From NCBI RefSeq assembly GCF_006345805.1, contig NC_043002.1, forward strand, positions 76,384,001-76,448,000: a stretch of 64,000 nucleotides of DNA, in the 5' to 3' direction. A program made the position numbers and the translations under genes. Source of the stretch: Octopus sinensis (taxonomy: Eukaryota). The notes under the pieces are model-generated. The model saw only the letters and a program-made list of their open reading frames with translations, was not told where the DNA came from and did not search any database. Positions 40,926-53,830 of this stretch are shown piece after piece. The stretch's first letter is position 1. The number at the start of each line of letters is the position of its first letter.

Positions 40926-41040
40926 ATTGAATTGCCGCCATTTTGGTGATATGTGTGCGACTGTGAACAAAGCACTCCATTTTATGCGTCATCTTCGGTA
41001 AATATGGCTGTCGGAAATGGGCACCAGAATTCACTGAGAA
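40926..41040 (-). CDS. Candidate first exon: ATG GCG GCA ATT CAA T|gtaagt (MAAIQ)
   Basis: caaaATGGCGGC (ATG at 40941; YY1-like consensus) followed by a perfect GTAAGT donor at 40925-20. Downstream exons not identified. Confidence 0.35.
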
Positions 41041-41155
41041 ATGACATTCTAACCATGAAGAGATTAATCTCTTATCTGCTTAACGCTTTAGAAACTAGCT
41101 GAGATTAAATCTTGCCCCTTTTACATCATGTATTGAAACAGTAGTTTTGAAAAAG

Positions 41156-41208
<53 letters not shown>

Positions 41209-41210
41209 TA

Positions 41211-41272
<62 letters not shown>

Positions 41273-41275
<3 letters not shown>

Positions 41276-41550
41276 AGGCGCAATGCCCCAGTTGTAGGTT
41301 CGCGGTTTCGTTTCCCAGACGCGGGTGTTTGTGAGTGTTTTTGGGCGAAGACACCTAAAGCTTCACGCCGCTCCGGCAGGGGTTCGTGGCGATCCCTGCT
41401 GTACTCTTTCGCTGCAACTTTCTCTCACTCTTTCTTTTGTTGGCCTGCTCGCTTAGCCAGCGGGGTGGCGTCATTTCAAGGCTAAAACAGTGCGAAGCGC
41501 ATTGTGACCATCGATGTGTAGCAACATCTGATAGTCTGGTCGGTCATGGT
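41273..41550 (+). mobile_element. SINE family D
   Basis: Shared with 33000-33275 and 12300-12575. Confidence 0.8.
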
Positions 41551-41619
41551 GATATATATATTATATATAATATATATATATATATATACATATATATATA
41601 CAAAGAATGAGAGAGAGAG

Positions 41620-41704
<85 letters not shown>

Positions 41705-41708
<4 letters not shown>

Positions 41709-41921
41709 CCCCGTCTGTCTTGATAGACAATGGGTTGCGCCAAGGGTGGGGCCTACTTTGATGATGAGCAGCGTCTGCTGTGACTGAACAGTCCAATTCT
41801 AGAGTGGCAGTCCTTGGTACAGTTGCTGCACACGAACATCGATGGGTACGTGTGGGGTGTTGCTGCAGTTGTCCTCCTCCTGTCCCGCCTGTCCAACCAC
41901 AGCTGTGCTCTCCTTTCCTCA

Positions 41922-41925
<4 letters not shown>
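41705..41925 (-). mobile_element. RTE-clade LINE 3' terminus
   Basis: [40 protein letters not shown], the typical RTE C-terminal CxxC..H..C, followed by a short 3'UTR. Confidence 0.88.
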
Positions 41926-41960
<35 letters not shown>

Positions 41961-41964
41961 TCTA

Positions 41965-42190
41965 TCTTTTATTATTTGTCTCAGTCACTAGACTGCGGCT
42001 ATGCTGGGGCACCGCCTTGAAGAATTTTTATTTAAATGAATCAATGCCAGTACTTATTATATTTTAAAATCCTGGTACTTATTCTATCGGTTTCCTTTTG
42101 CCGAACTGTTAGCTTACGGGTATGTAAACATACCAACACCTGCTGTGAAACGGTTGTGGGGGATAGACCAGATTCACACACACAAATACA
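41965..42190 (-). mobile_element. SINE family A, 3' half
   Basis: Diverged tail. Confidence 0.8.
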
Positions 42191-42197
42191 CGGCATA

Positions 42198-42246
<49 letters not shown>

Positions 42247-42277
42247 AATAAATAAATTATATATATATATATCTATA

Positions 42278-42308
<31 letters not shown>

Positions 42309-42313
<5 letters not shown>

Positions 42314-42927
42314 GAAATATTAAAATTACTAGTCTCTATAAAAGAGATTACGGCAGCGTTTACTGGAAATTAATTGTTATCGCCATATTAATATGGCATT
42401 CTTATAGATATAAGAATAATCGCTGCCGCTGGTCAGCTCCATGAGGCCACCGCCATCAAGATAGCTATTGATACACGATCTGTATCCATTATAACCTTCG
42501 AACAAGGGAGGTCAGCCGCTTCACACTGCCAATCCGACAGCTACAGACGCGTTTCGGGGTATTAATTTCCAGTAAACGCTGCTGTAATCTCTTTTATAGA
42601 GACTCAGTAATTTTAATATTTCTATTATTGAAAACAAGTGGATGTATTCCACTGAAACTAGGTAAATAGAAACCTTCGAACAGAGACGTCAGTGGCGACA
42701 CCTGCGGGTCTGACTGCGCTACCATTGACAAGGGCCATACCCGAAACGCGTCTGTAGCTGTCGGATTGGCAGTGTGAAGCGGCTGACCTCCCTTGTTCGA
42801 AGGTTATAATGGATACAGATCGTGTATCAATAGCTATCTTGATGGCGGTGGCCTCATGGAGCTGACCAGCGGCAGCGATTATTCTTATATCTATAAGAAT
42901 GCCATATTAATATGGCGATAACAATTA

Positions 42928-42931
<4 letters not shown>
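42309..42931 (+). mobile_element. Non-coding Penelope/retrozyme-like element with A-B-A'-[HHR]B' architecture
   Basis: A 42309-374 is inverse to 42561-627; B 42375-558 is inverse to 42740-923; flanked by (TA)n. Confidence 0.8.
42709..42765 (+). ncRNA. Type-I hammerhead motif with U3-A8 covariation
   Basis: tctgac.gctacca TTGACAA ggg-ccata-ccc GAA ACGCGT C tgtagc.gtcgga; cut after C42752. Confidence 0.78.
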
Positions 42932-43003
<72 letters not shown>

Positions 43004-43023
43004 GTATATATATATATATATAT

Positions 43024-43187
43024 AACGCGCTTCTTTCAGTTTCCGTCTACCAAATCCAATCACAAAGCTTTTTTCGGCACAATGCTGAAGTAAAAGACAC
43101 TTGCCCAAGTTGCCAGGCAGTAGGACTGAATCCGGAACTATGTGGCTGAGACGCAAGCTTTTTACCTCACAACCACGCCGGCGCCCA
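43024..43187 (-). mobile_element. SINE family A, 5' half
   Basis: Consensus head. Confidence 0.85.
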
Positions 43188-43516
43188 TACACACACATAC
43201 TCACACATACTCACACATATTTATATATATTTGTGTGTGTGTGTGTAGTCATTTATTTATCTATATGTATATAAACAGTATATAGTCCACGTTACCATGA
43301 TAAAGCTATAAACAATTTTTTCTGATGTGTCGGGTGTTCGTACCCCATTCCCGCCGCCTCCATATTGCGTCCCCCTAATTCGAAGCAGTAGATTTCTCCC
43401 AGACCGCTACATTTTATCCGCCAGTAGGAGTGCTCAAAAGATGATGAACTGTCGTTCTCTCGCCTCTCGGTTATAAAGCATTATCGCATCGGAGCAAACA
43501 AGAAAGATGGAAGTGG

Positions 43517-43547
<31 letters not shown>

Positions 43548-44156
43548 ACGAATGACAGTAAGAATTAAAGAATGGAAAGAAGAAAACGCTGAAGAAACTA
43601 ATGGTGGAAATGATGGGACAGTCGAAATAACTTGAAAGTGTCGAGTGGTTTCCTTTAATGGTTTTTTTTTTCTCTTTGTCTGTCTACATAGTGGTGAGAT
43701 CGAATCGTCACACAAGAGAATGGGTGACCTAAATGGTTGTTAAATGTTTGGTAAAGCAATAACGATGTTTTGGAGGAGAGAGAAGACTGCTTTAAAAACA
43801 TCAATAACGAATCGGCTATATTATCTAGGATGACATGGGTTTTTCCACAAGTGTTCCCAATATGAAAGCTCAATTGACTATTTTAGATAATCGCATGAAA
43901 TGAAAAAACAAAAAAAAAAAAAGAAGAAACAAGTAGAAAGAAAAGAAAAATAAAGTAAAAAATAAAAACACACACACACACACACACATTTATAATGCAT
44001 AAAAAAACAAATACACGTACATATACAGACATACACACACACACATACATACGTATATAATATAATATAATATAATAAATATATATACATAACATACATA
44101 CATAATACATACATACATATATATAATATAATACATACTATATATATATATATATA

Positions 44157-44188
<32 letters not shown>

Positions 44189-44286
44189 CAGGAAGAAAGA
44201 TGGTGCTCAACAAAGTAAAATGAAGACATACACAACATATACATACATATATAATATAATATAATATAATATAATATGTTATATAT

Positions 44287-44407
<121 letters not shown>

Positions 44408-44814
44408 AGCAGGAAGAAAGATGGCTGCTCAACAAAGTAAAATGAAGATGGCTGAAAGGCAAAAAGATCGGCTATAATAATGGGGACAACAGCAACAAAA
44501 AACGAGAAGTGCACGTTGACGACAATAATGTCGATGAGAACAACAGCATCGGCAACAACAGAAACGACTTCGCAATAACAACAGCAACAATACTATTAAC
44601 AATAATAACTATGACACCACCAATAACAACAATAACAACAGCTACAACAATGAAAAGCGATCAGCTTGATGGGAAAAATGTTGAAAGATTGATGTCAATG
44701 GTCTTCGTTGCTTATATAAGAGCTTGCAAGCTGACACATTTCGGCTTCTGGAAAAGTGGAATAGAGGGGACGAGTTAACGCATTCGATACAGATGAAGAA
44801 ACGTATGTGTACGT

Positions 44815-44858
<44 letters not shown>

Positions 44859-45041
44859 TATGTATGTGTGTGTGTGTGTGTGTGTGTGTCTATGTATGTG
44901 TGCCTGCTAGTGAGCCCACGCGTGTGCTTCGCATACGTACAGACATATGTATACGCCTATATACATATATATATATATACACACACATTTATAAGTGTCT
45001 GTGTGCGCATAAACTTATATGTACATATGTATGTATGTATG

Positions 45042-45086
<45 letters not shown>

Positions 45087-45248
45087 GTATGAATATATGC
45101 ATATGTGTGTGTGTACATACTCTTATATATACGTGTGTATATATATCACTGACATATATTTCTCTTCCTCTCTCTTTCTCTTCCTTTCCGGAATATGAAT
45201 ACATACACCCACAGACACCAAGACACAAATACGGACATATGCACACAT

Positions 45249-45292
<44 letters not shown>

Positions 45293-45614
45293 CACACACA
45301 CACACACACACACACGCACGCACGCACGCACACACACACGAACGCACGCATATACGCACAGACACATGCACACCTACTCAAACAAACCAATATACAAACG
45401 CTGCTACAAACACAATATCACACAAACGTACCTGGTAAGATTTTCCAATAGTCAGACATATTGGAAGCGTAAAATGTTTCTGTCCAAACCAATTAGAAGC
45501 ATCTGTTGTATATCGAGACTAAATTGTTTATCACAGACCAACCATCAACGACTAATATCACTGCCCCAGTTAACACCACCGCTATTGCTGTTGCTGCTGC
45601 TGCTGTGCTGTTGC

Positions 45615-45645
<31 letters not shown>

Positions 45646-45759
45646 ACCACTGCCGCCACCACCACGACCATCATCATTGCTACCACCACAACTCCTACCG
45701 TATCAACAGCTATCACCACTGCCATCATCACCATCACTTTCACCATCACCACCACCACC

Positions 45760-45791
<32 letters not shown>

Positions 45792-45813
45792 CAAGACGAG
45801 GGGCCCTCTAGTG

Positions 45814-46032
45814 CAGCAGTTCTCAATCGGGGTCCTAATGTCCCTTGGGTGTTTATATAAGGTTTTGCTAAAATTTACATGTAATAAATAGAATATTTTA
45901 ACTAATTTTTATACAATTCTATATAATATTTAATTACAAAAATACAATAGAACCTTTTAAACATCAATTGGCTATGGAGGGTTCACCTGATCAAAAGAGG
46001 AATCAAAGGTGAAAAATGGTTGTGAACCACTG
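45814..46032. mobile_element. hAT-type MITE
   Basis: TIR-like cagcagttctcaa/ttgtgaaccactg; related pieces near 6040-6210, 47380-47550 and 63290-63510. Confidence 0.7.
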
Positions 46033-46784
46033 CGGTAATGATTGCTTCATTTGCTATAATAAGCAGTCAAAATCTGTCCCAAATCACACCGTAAGGTTTT
46101 GAAAGCGACACGAAAGACACCTAAAATAAAGTGGTCCCATGTTACTTGAACGTAGAAAAGATGGAATGGTCACGGCTGGAATACCCTGGAAGAAAGTTCT
46201 GTTTTATGAGGACTTAACCTAGGGATAAATAAACCACAACAACTATCACAAACTACCACCACCACCACCACCACCACCACCGCTACCATTGCATCTATCA
46301 CCATTTTTTGTTTTCAAACACATACTTCTCTCTCTTCAATAGCTGAATCGTAATGGATTAATACATAAAGCGTTTGGTGCGTAAATTGATGGGGTAATCC
46401 GCTATGTTGAGAGTTCGAGTTTTGATTTCGGAAGATGTATATTAAGTCGTCAAACAGGGACCTTAATTCTTAAGGATTTTAGCCTTTAAGAGTTTAGCCA
46501 ATAAGAACTTAGCCTATAAGAGTTTGCTTAGTCTATAAGGTTTTCATTATAGCAGATGGGAATTCAATATTTATCTTTACACCTGGATAGGACAGCAATC
46601 TATTGTTAGTTAACATTCCCATATATTCCGCCAAAACTATTTCCGAAACTATTTTCAAAACCTAGTTGAGCTTAGACCATGTAGAATAAAGTGCTTTATC
46701 TAGAAACACACACACACGCGCGCGCACACAAACACACACACACACACACACACACAACACACACAGAAGCGCGCGCACGCACAC

Positions 46785-46821
<37 letters not shown>

Positions 46822-46932
46822 GCGTGATTTTGTCAATCTTTTTTTTTCTTTTTTTCTCTCTCAAGAATGTTATGGGTCTACAAATCACATAACATTTCAA
46901 AAGTTGGTTTACATATATTCTTTTATGTGTAG

Positions 46933-47270
46933 TTAAGTAGATTGAATGACATTGCTTATGGCACCAACAGACAAAGTGGAAAAGATGTTGCCCCGGAGGA
47001 TAGGGAGTGAGATGCGCCGGAACAACCGCTCTGACTCACGTGGATCGCTCTTGCGGACAACGATCTTCGCCCCGATAGCGGTGAGCAGGGATATGGTTCG
47101 ATGGTCAAGAACGCCGGAGGTCTCACTCAACTGCATCAGGTTCGACGATAAATCTTTCAGAGAGCGACCAATACCGTAACGGCGGAACCCGGGCAGGTAG
47201 CTGACATTACCAATTTGCTGCTGGAGACGGTGTCACAGCATGTGCCATCCCAGATGGCCATGTGACATTC
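46933..47270 (-). mobile_element. CRE-like non-LTR retrotransposon 3' RLE-domain fragment
   Basis: MAIWDGTCCDT..(fs)..ETSGVLDHRTISLLTAIGAKIV..SDPRESERLFRRISLPILRGN matches the WDxTCxDT...ETxG...QRxSxAxxRGN pattern. Confidence 0.8.
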
Positions 47271-47560
47271 TAGCATAATAGTGTTACATTGTGGGGGTAT
47301 AATATCAGAAACAATGGAGTGTCACATTAGGGTGCTACCATGTTTAGTTAATTACGATCCTTTATGCTAGTAGCTTTTAACCAGTGTTCATTTGGCACTT
47401 AGGGGTCCATATTAAGATTTTGTTGTTAAGGTTTATGTGAAAAAAATTTTTCATACTTCTACAATGCCAAAAATATTAATTTTTTTATAATATTAATTTT
47501 TTTTTTACAATCCTTAATAGTATCCAATTATAAAAATACAGTACGATTACTTTTTTATAT

Positions 47561-47736
47561 AGGCGTAGGAGTGCCTGTGTGGCAAGTAGCTTGCTTACGA
47601 ACCACATGGTTCCGGGTTCAGTCCCACTGCGTGGCACCTTGGGCAAGTATCTTCTACTATAGCCTCGGGCCTATCAAAGCCTTGTGAGTGGATTTGGTAG
47701 ACGGAAACTGAAAGAAGCCCGTCGTATATATATCTA

Positions 47737-47792
<56 letters not shown>

Positions 47793-48346
47793 GGAATATT
47801 GATGACGTCCCGTTCTGCTTGACTAAGCCACCTAAAGAAACGATTGGTCAAAACGTTGATGACGTCACGTTACGCTGGACTCACCACCTAACAGGTGATA
47901 TAAAACCCAACACAATTCACAAGGTTCGCCAGAACGATCCAGCGAACACCGACCAAAAGTCATCACAGTTCCTCAAGGAAAAATCTAAAATGAATTCCTC
48001 GCTCTTTCAGGAAACACCAATTTTTTATATTGACTGCATATCACCACTTGATCTATTTTTTATATTGAATGCATATCACCACTATGAACCACTACATCAT
48101 ACTCTCTAAACATATAGCATGAACGAACTCACTTCACGATATATGAACTTTTGATGTCTGACTCTATTGTATATTATAAATGAATTTTTTATATTTGATA
48201 GCATGAACTATCTTTTTTTATATATAACTTTTTTTTATAAGGTTTCTAAGAACCGAAACATGTTATAATGTATATATAAAAATTAAAAATTTGTGTACTA
48301 TAGCAGCATTTTCGAACTTCATTTTTTACAAATATTATTATATATA

Positions 48347-48403
<57 letters not shown>

Positions 48404-48615
48404 TGTATGTGCGTGTATATGTTTGTGTGTCTGTGTTTGTCCCCCAACATCGCTTGACAACCGATGCTGGTGTGTTTACGTCCCCGTAACTTAGTGGTTC
48501 GGCAAAAGACACCGATAAAATAAGTACTAGGCTTAAAAGTCCTGGAGTCGATTTGCTCGACTAATGGCGGTGCTCCAGCATGGCCGCAGTCAAATGACTG
48601 AAACAAGTAAAAGAA
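47561..48615 (+). mobile_element. SINE family A split by a ~545-bp insertion (47791-48335) in its internal (TA)n
   Basis: Head 47561-47725 and tail 48420-48615 are collinear. Confidence 0.85.
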
Positions 48616-48867
48616 AAAAGAAAAAAAACCATTGTTTATGCTCTGGATTGACTTTAAAACTTACAAACTTTGATTATGGTATTTAGTCTTCAGGGGTTGA
48701 TAGCAATAAATCTACTTGAAGCTCGAGAGTTTATTTAATACAGTAAATTCCTCACTTGTCAAATTTTAGCTCTGTAAAAATAAAACGTAAGTAAATAGGT
48801 ATTACCTCGAATTCTTGGACTCATAGGACCGGTTTCTATCTTTTCACTCCGAAAAGGGGACACTAGC

Positions 48868-48967
48868 NNNNNNNNNNNNNNNNNNNNNNNNNNNNNNNNN
48901 NNNNNNNNNNNNNNNNNNNNNNNNNNNNNNNNNNNNNNNNNNNNNNNNNNNNNNNNNNNNNNNNNNN
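48868..48967. other. Assembly gap (100 N)
   Basis: Seen directly; true length and adjacency unknown. Confidence 1.
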
Positions 48968-49268
48968 TAGGGCAAATAAGAAAATGGAGAGGATAAACAA
49001 TCGACAAACATCAATTATATGTATTTATTAATTGATTACAATCATATGTGTAAGAGATCAAAAGAAACGAATGAAATAAGCAAATAAATAAGTAAATAAA
49101 TAAGTAAATATATAAATAAAAATATACGAATAAGGGTAAATGAGTGCACAAATACTAAACTCTTACAGCTATTAAATAGCAGTTACCTTTTAACTTCTGA
49201 CCCTTATGACATGGACCAAAGCTTCGGGCCTTGTGCCTAGAGTAGAAAAGAATAATTTTCTGTTGGAA

Positions 49269-50295
49269 GGAGGCGAGCTGGCAGAAAAGTTAGCGCGCCG
49301 GGTGAAATGTTTAGCGGTATTTTGTCTGTCTTTACGGTCCGAGTTTAAATTCCGCCGAGGTTGACTTTGCTTTTCATCCTCTCGTGGTCGATAAATTACG
49401 CACTGGGGTCGATGTAATCGACTTAATCCGTTTGTCTGTCCTTGTTTGTCCTCTCTGTGTTTAGCCCCTTGTGGGTAGTAAAGAAATAGGTATTTTGTCT
49501 GTCTTTACGGTCCGAGTTTAAATTCCGCCGAGGTGGACTTTGCTTTTCATCCTCTCGTGATCGATAAATTAAGTACCACTTTCGCACTGGGATCGATCTA
49601 ATCGACTTAATCTCTTTGTCTGTCCTTGTTTGTCCCCGCCATGTTTAGCCCCTTGTGGGCAATAAAGAAATAAGAAACGTTAGCGCGCCGGGTGAAATGT
49701 TTAGCGGTATTTTGTCTGTCTTTATGTTCTGAGTTTAAATTCCACCGAGGGTTGGTTTTGCCTTTCATTCTTTCGGGGTCGATAAATTAAGTACCAGTTG
49801 CGTACTAGGGTCGATCTAATCGACTGGCTTACTCCCCCAAAATTTCGGGCCTTGTGCCTAGAGTAGAAAGAAAAAATGAATACCGCGTCGGAAAAAATGT
49901 TGAGCGGTATTCTTACGACTTTTCGTTCTGAGTTCAAATATCGCCAGGGTCGACTTTGCCTTTCATCCTTTCAGGTTCGATCAAATAAGTACTAGTTTAA
50001 CATTTGGATCGATGTAAGCGACTTAGCTCCTCCTTCGAAATTGCTGGCCTTGTGCCAAAGTTCCAAACCAACAATTTTCTGTTGGAAAGGCCGCAGTGAA
50101 GTGACAAAATCATTAGCACGCGAAGCAAAATGCGTAGCGACATTTCGTCCGTTTCCACGTTCTGAGTTCATGCTCCACCGTGGTTGACTTTACCTTTCAA
50201 CGCCTCGAGATCGATAAAATAAGTACTAGTTGTGCACTGGGGTCATTTAATCGACATAGCACCCCGCGAAATTATAGGCCTTGTTGCAAAATTTG
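49269..50295 (+). mobile_element. Concatemer of about five SINE family B units
   Basis: Restarts near 49269, 49489, 49673, 49880 and 50088; aattttctgttggaa at 49254-68 and 50073-87. Confidence 0.88.
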
Positions 50296-50344
50296 AAATC
50301 GCCATTACAGTTGTTGAATGATATAAAATATGAATAAGAAAATG

Positions 50345-50589
50345 TTATTCTTTTATTCGTTCAGTAGTTTCAGGCATTTGACTGTGGCCATACTGAAGCA
50401 CCGCCTTTAGTCGAACAAATCGCCCCCCCACCCTCCAGGACTTGTTCTTTGCAAGCCTAGTACTTATTTTACCGGTCTCTTTTCCCGAAAGCTAAGTTTC
50501 GGAGACGTCAACACACCAACATCGGTTGTCAAGCGATGGCAGGTGGTGGAATACAGACACACATATAAAGTTAGACATACATAATACAT

Positions 50590-50621
<32 letters not shown>

Positions 50622-50727
50622 GTATGAAATATCTATATATGTGTGTGTGTTGTGTTATTATAGTGGCTGTGTGGTAAGTAGCTTACTTACCAACCACATG
50701 GTTCCGGGTTCAGTCCCACTGCGTGGC

Positions 50728-50770
<43 letters not shown>

Positions 50771-50970
50771 TATATATATAATATATATATATATACATAC
50801 ATATATATATGTGTGTGTGTTTTGTCACCCCCACATCGTTCGTTTGACAATCCCACTGCGTGGCACACCTTGGGCAAGTGTCTTCTTACTATAGCCTCGG
50901 GCCGACCTAAGCCTTGTGAGTAGATTTGGTAGACGGAAACTGAAAGAAGCCCGTCGTATATATATATAAG

Positions 50971-51008
<38 letters not shown>

Positions 51009-51330
51009 ATATATACATATAATTATATATATGTGTGTATGTTTTGTCACCCCGCCACATCGTTTGACAATCGATGTTGGTGTGTTTACGATCCCGTAAC
51101 TTAGCGCTTCGGCAAAAGACACCGATGGAATAATTACTAGGATTACAAAGAAAAAGTCATGGGGTCGATTTGCTCGACTAAAGGCGATACTCCAGCATGG
51201 CCGCAGTCAAATGACTAAAACGAATAAAATAATATATATATATACAACAGGTTTCTTTCAGTATCCGTCTACCAAATCTACTCACAAGGCTTTAGTAGAA
51301 GACATAAGGCTATAGAAGACATTTGTCCAA
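50345..51330. mobile_element. Cluster of SINE family A pieces in both orientations
   Basis: Tail (-) 50345-50560; duplicated head/(TA)n (+) 50662-51225; head fragment (-) 51245-51330. Confidence 0.8.
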
Positions 51331-51904
51331 ATTTATCTTCTACTTTTTTCAGCCATCAGATTGCGGCCATGCAGCCCTTGCTGTTTGTTTTCACTGTCCT
51401 GTTCGTGTTACCTATTTTGACCCTCCGCAAAATCCCAAATTCTATTTAACTTGCTTTGCGGTAGCAACTGTTTTATCGAAAGCTTGTATTGTTAAATGCT
51501 CGAAATACGAGACGAGAAAAACAGCCAACAACTGATGAAGGTTCGTTCTTTATGTTGTTTGTTTTATTTTCCATTTGTGTCTTTCGTTGTTCGAAAGAAT
51601 AGCTCGTGATCCATGTACTCGTGCTTCGTATTTTTTTGTTGAACAGGTTTCATGACATCCTGTGCCCAAAGCAATGATTAGTAATTTTACGAAACCGGTA
51701 TGCTTTTGAATCTCTTTAACAATTCACAATAGTGACTTTTATTACTTTTATCCCTACCTCAGTTCATCTAATTCTATATATCTATCGTTATTTCTCATAA
51801 AAAAGCCTTTACTTTGTTTAATTTCCAATGTGCATTTTCGCTTATTTTTCTTCTTACACATTTCCACGTGTAGTCTCTGTTTTCTTTTTCTAACATATTT
51901 CTAT

Positions 51905-51952
<48 letters not shown>

Positions 51953-51953
<1 letters not shown>

Positions 51954-52097
51954 ACGACAGGCTTCTTTCAGTTTCCGTCTACCAAATGCATTCACAGGGT
52001 TTTGGTCGGCACCAAACTATAGTAGAAGTGCCACATAGTGGGATTGAACCCGGAGTTATGTGGGTGGAAAGCAAATTTCTTGCCTCACAGCCGTGCC
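51953..52097 (-). mobile_element. SINE family A, 5' half
   Basis: Consensus head. Confidence 0.82.
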
Positions 52098-53282
52098 AAA
52101 ACGTGTTTATTCTTGTTAGGACAGGAGACGAAATAACTGAAGTTTCGGGTCGTTTCCTTAAAGACATCAACTTACTGGGTCTTATTTTTGGTGTTTACAA
52201 TTATCCGATAATATTATCCTAAATAGCCTACTTAAACCAACCAATAGAAGGATTTAATGAAAAAGTGTTTTGAGAAGAGACGGAGAGTGAAAGAGCAATA
52301 GGGAGGGAATGAGAGGGAGAACGGGAAAGAGAGGGGATGATAGCGAGAGAAATGGAGAGAGAGTAAGAGATAGCTAGATAGATAGAGTGAGTGAGAGAGA
52401 GGTGGGAATAATAAATATACATTCACACATAGAAAGAGTGGGGAGGAAGAGAGTGGATGTACCAAGAAGAGAAATACTGAAAATAGACATAGTGGAAAAG
52501 ACAGAATTATAGTAACATAGCGTGGGAGAGAGATCAGGAAAAGGGTAAATTTGTTAAGATATTATCTGAGTCATTATGATCAAACGAAAACTTATCTTTT
52601 TTCTTCGTCTGCTGATTCAAAATAAAATATTGTTGAATGCAGACGACAGTTTTATGACACTCTCCCTCCGCAATGGCGACAAGCTACGCCATTCGGTCTA
52701 CAAGATCAGGTTGCATACCTCAACATTTACAACGATATCTGGTTTTGCGGCAAATAATTCAAGTGTCAAAGAATGGTGAAAAGACAAGAGTAGGAATCTT
52801 GTTTCTCACTTGTTGGGAGCCATCACATGAATCAAAAAGACAGCCGTGAAGTCTGCTCTTATTTACTTGACTCAGAGATATTTTTTTTTATTTACGCGCG
52901 ATGATTTCGATGAGATGCGGGTATGAGGGCAAATACCGTAAGCAGAGCCACAAGTTTCAACTGTCGAACTTTCTTCTAGGGCACAATTAATTTATTATTG
53001 TAATCGCGAGGTTAGTTGAATGGCCGAATTAGTAGAACGGCCGATACAAATACCTTGTGGTATTAAGTTGCATTCCTGTGAGTCCAAATCCGTTTTAATT
53101 TCGATAAAGTAAGTAAAAAGTTGAATACGGGTAGGTATGAAATATAATCCGAATAGGAATTCCTCACTCAAGTTTTAGCATAAAAAGACAGGCATTTTTG
53201 TGGGGAAGGACATCCGAAGGGATGAAAGGCATTTTTCAAAAACTATTTTTTTGCATCCTACTGCGTAGCACCTGTGTGTGTT

Positions 53283-53320
<38 letters not shown>

Positions 53321-53781
53321 TGTGAGTGAGTGTGTGCTTGTGTGTGCGTGTGTGTGTGCGCTTGTGTGTATTTGCATGTGTTTGTGTATGTTTGTGTATA
53401 TGTGCGTGCGTGCGTTTGTGTGTGTGTGTGTGTTTATGTGTGTGTGTATGTATGTTTATGTGTATGTATGTGTATTTGTGTGTACTTGTATGTGTGCGTG
53501 TGTATGTGTGAATGTGTGCGTGTATGCTTGTGTGTGCCTGTATGTGTTGTTATGTGTGTGCATATGCGTGTATGTGTGTATATATGTGCGTGTATGTCAT
53601 GACTTACGTTTCGCGTCTACGTGCTCGTTCAGACGCACCATGGGATAGCATGTGAACGCGAAACTTGAATCATGGCATACGGCTTCATCCGGAAAAATAT
53701 AATATCACATTCTACAAACGTATTGTGTACGTTTTCTTTTATCCTCTATACAGAAAGGTAATATATATATATATATAATAT

Positions 53782-53830
<49 letters not shown>

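Noticed and set aside
43691-43752. Strong plus-strand acceptor (tttctctttgtctgtctacatag) with a GTAAAG donor
   Set aside because: Stops in all three frames; could only be UTR, and there is no other support.
45195-45860. 221-aa ORF with poly-C/H/Q
   Set aside because: Chain of simple repeats with no splice or composition support.
48759-49007. ORF spanning the X run
   Set aside because: Artefact of the N gap.
50662-51060. Duplicated SINE head as a new composite element
   Set aside because: Breakpoints fall in (TA)n and the copies are near-identical; more likely local misassembly or slippage.
51490-51610. CTGATGAAGG with nearby GAAA
   Set aside because: Could not form stems II and III in the right order.
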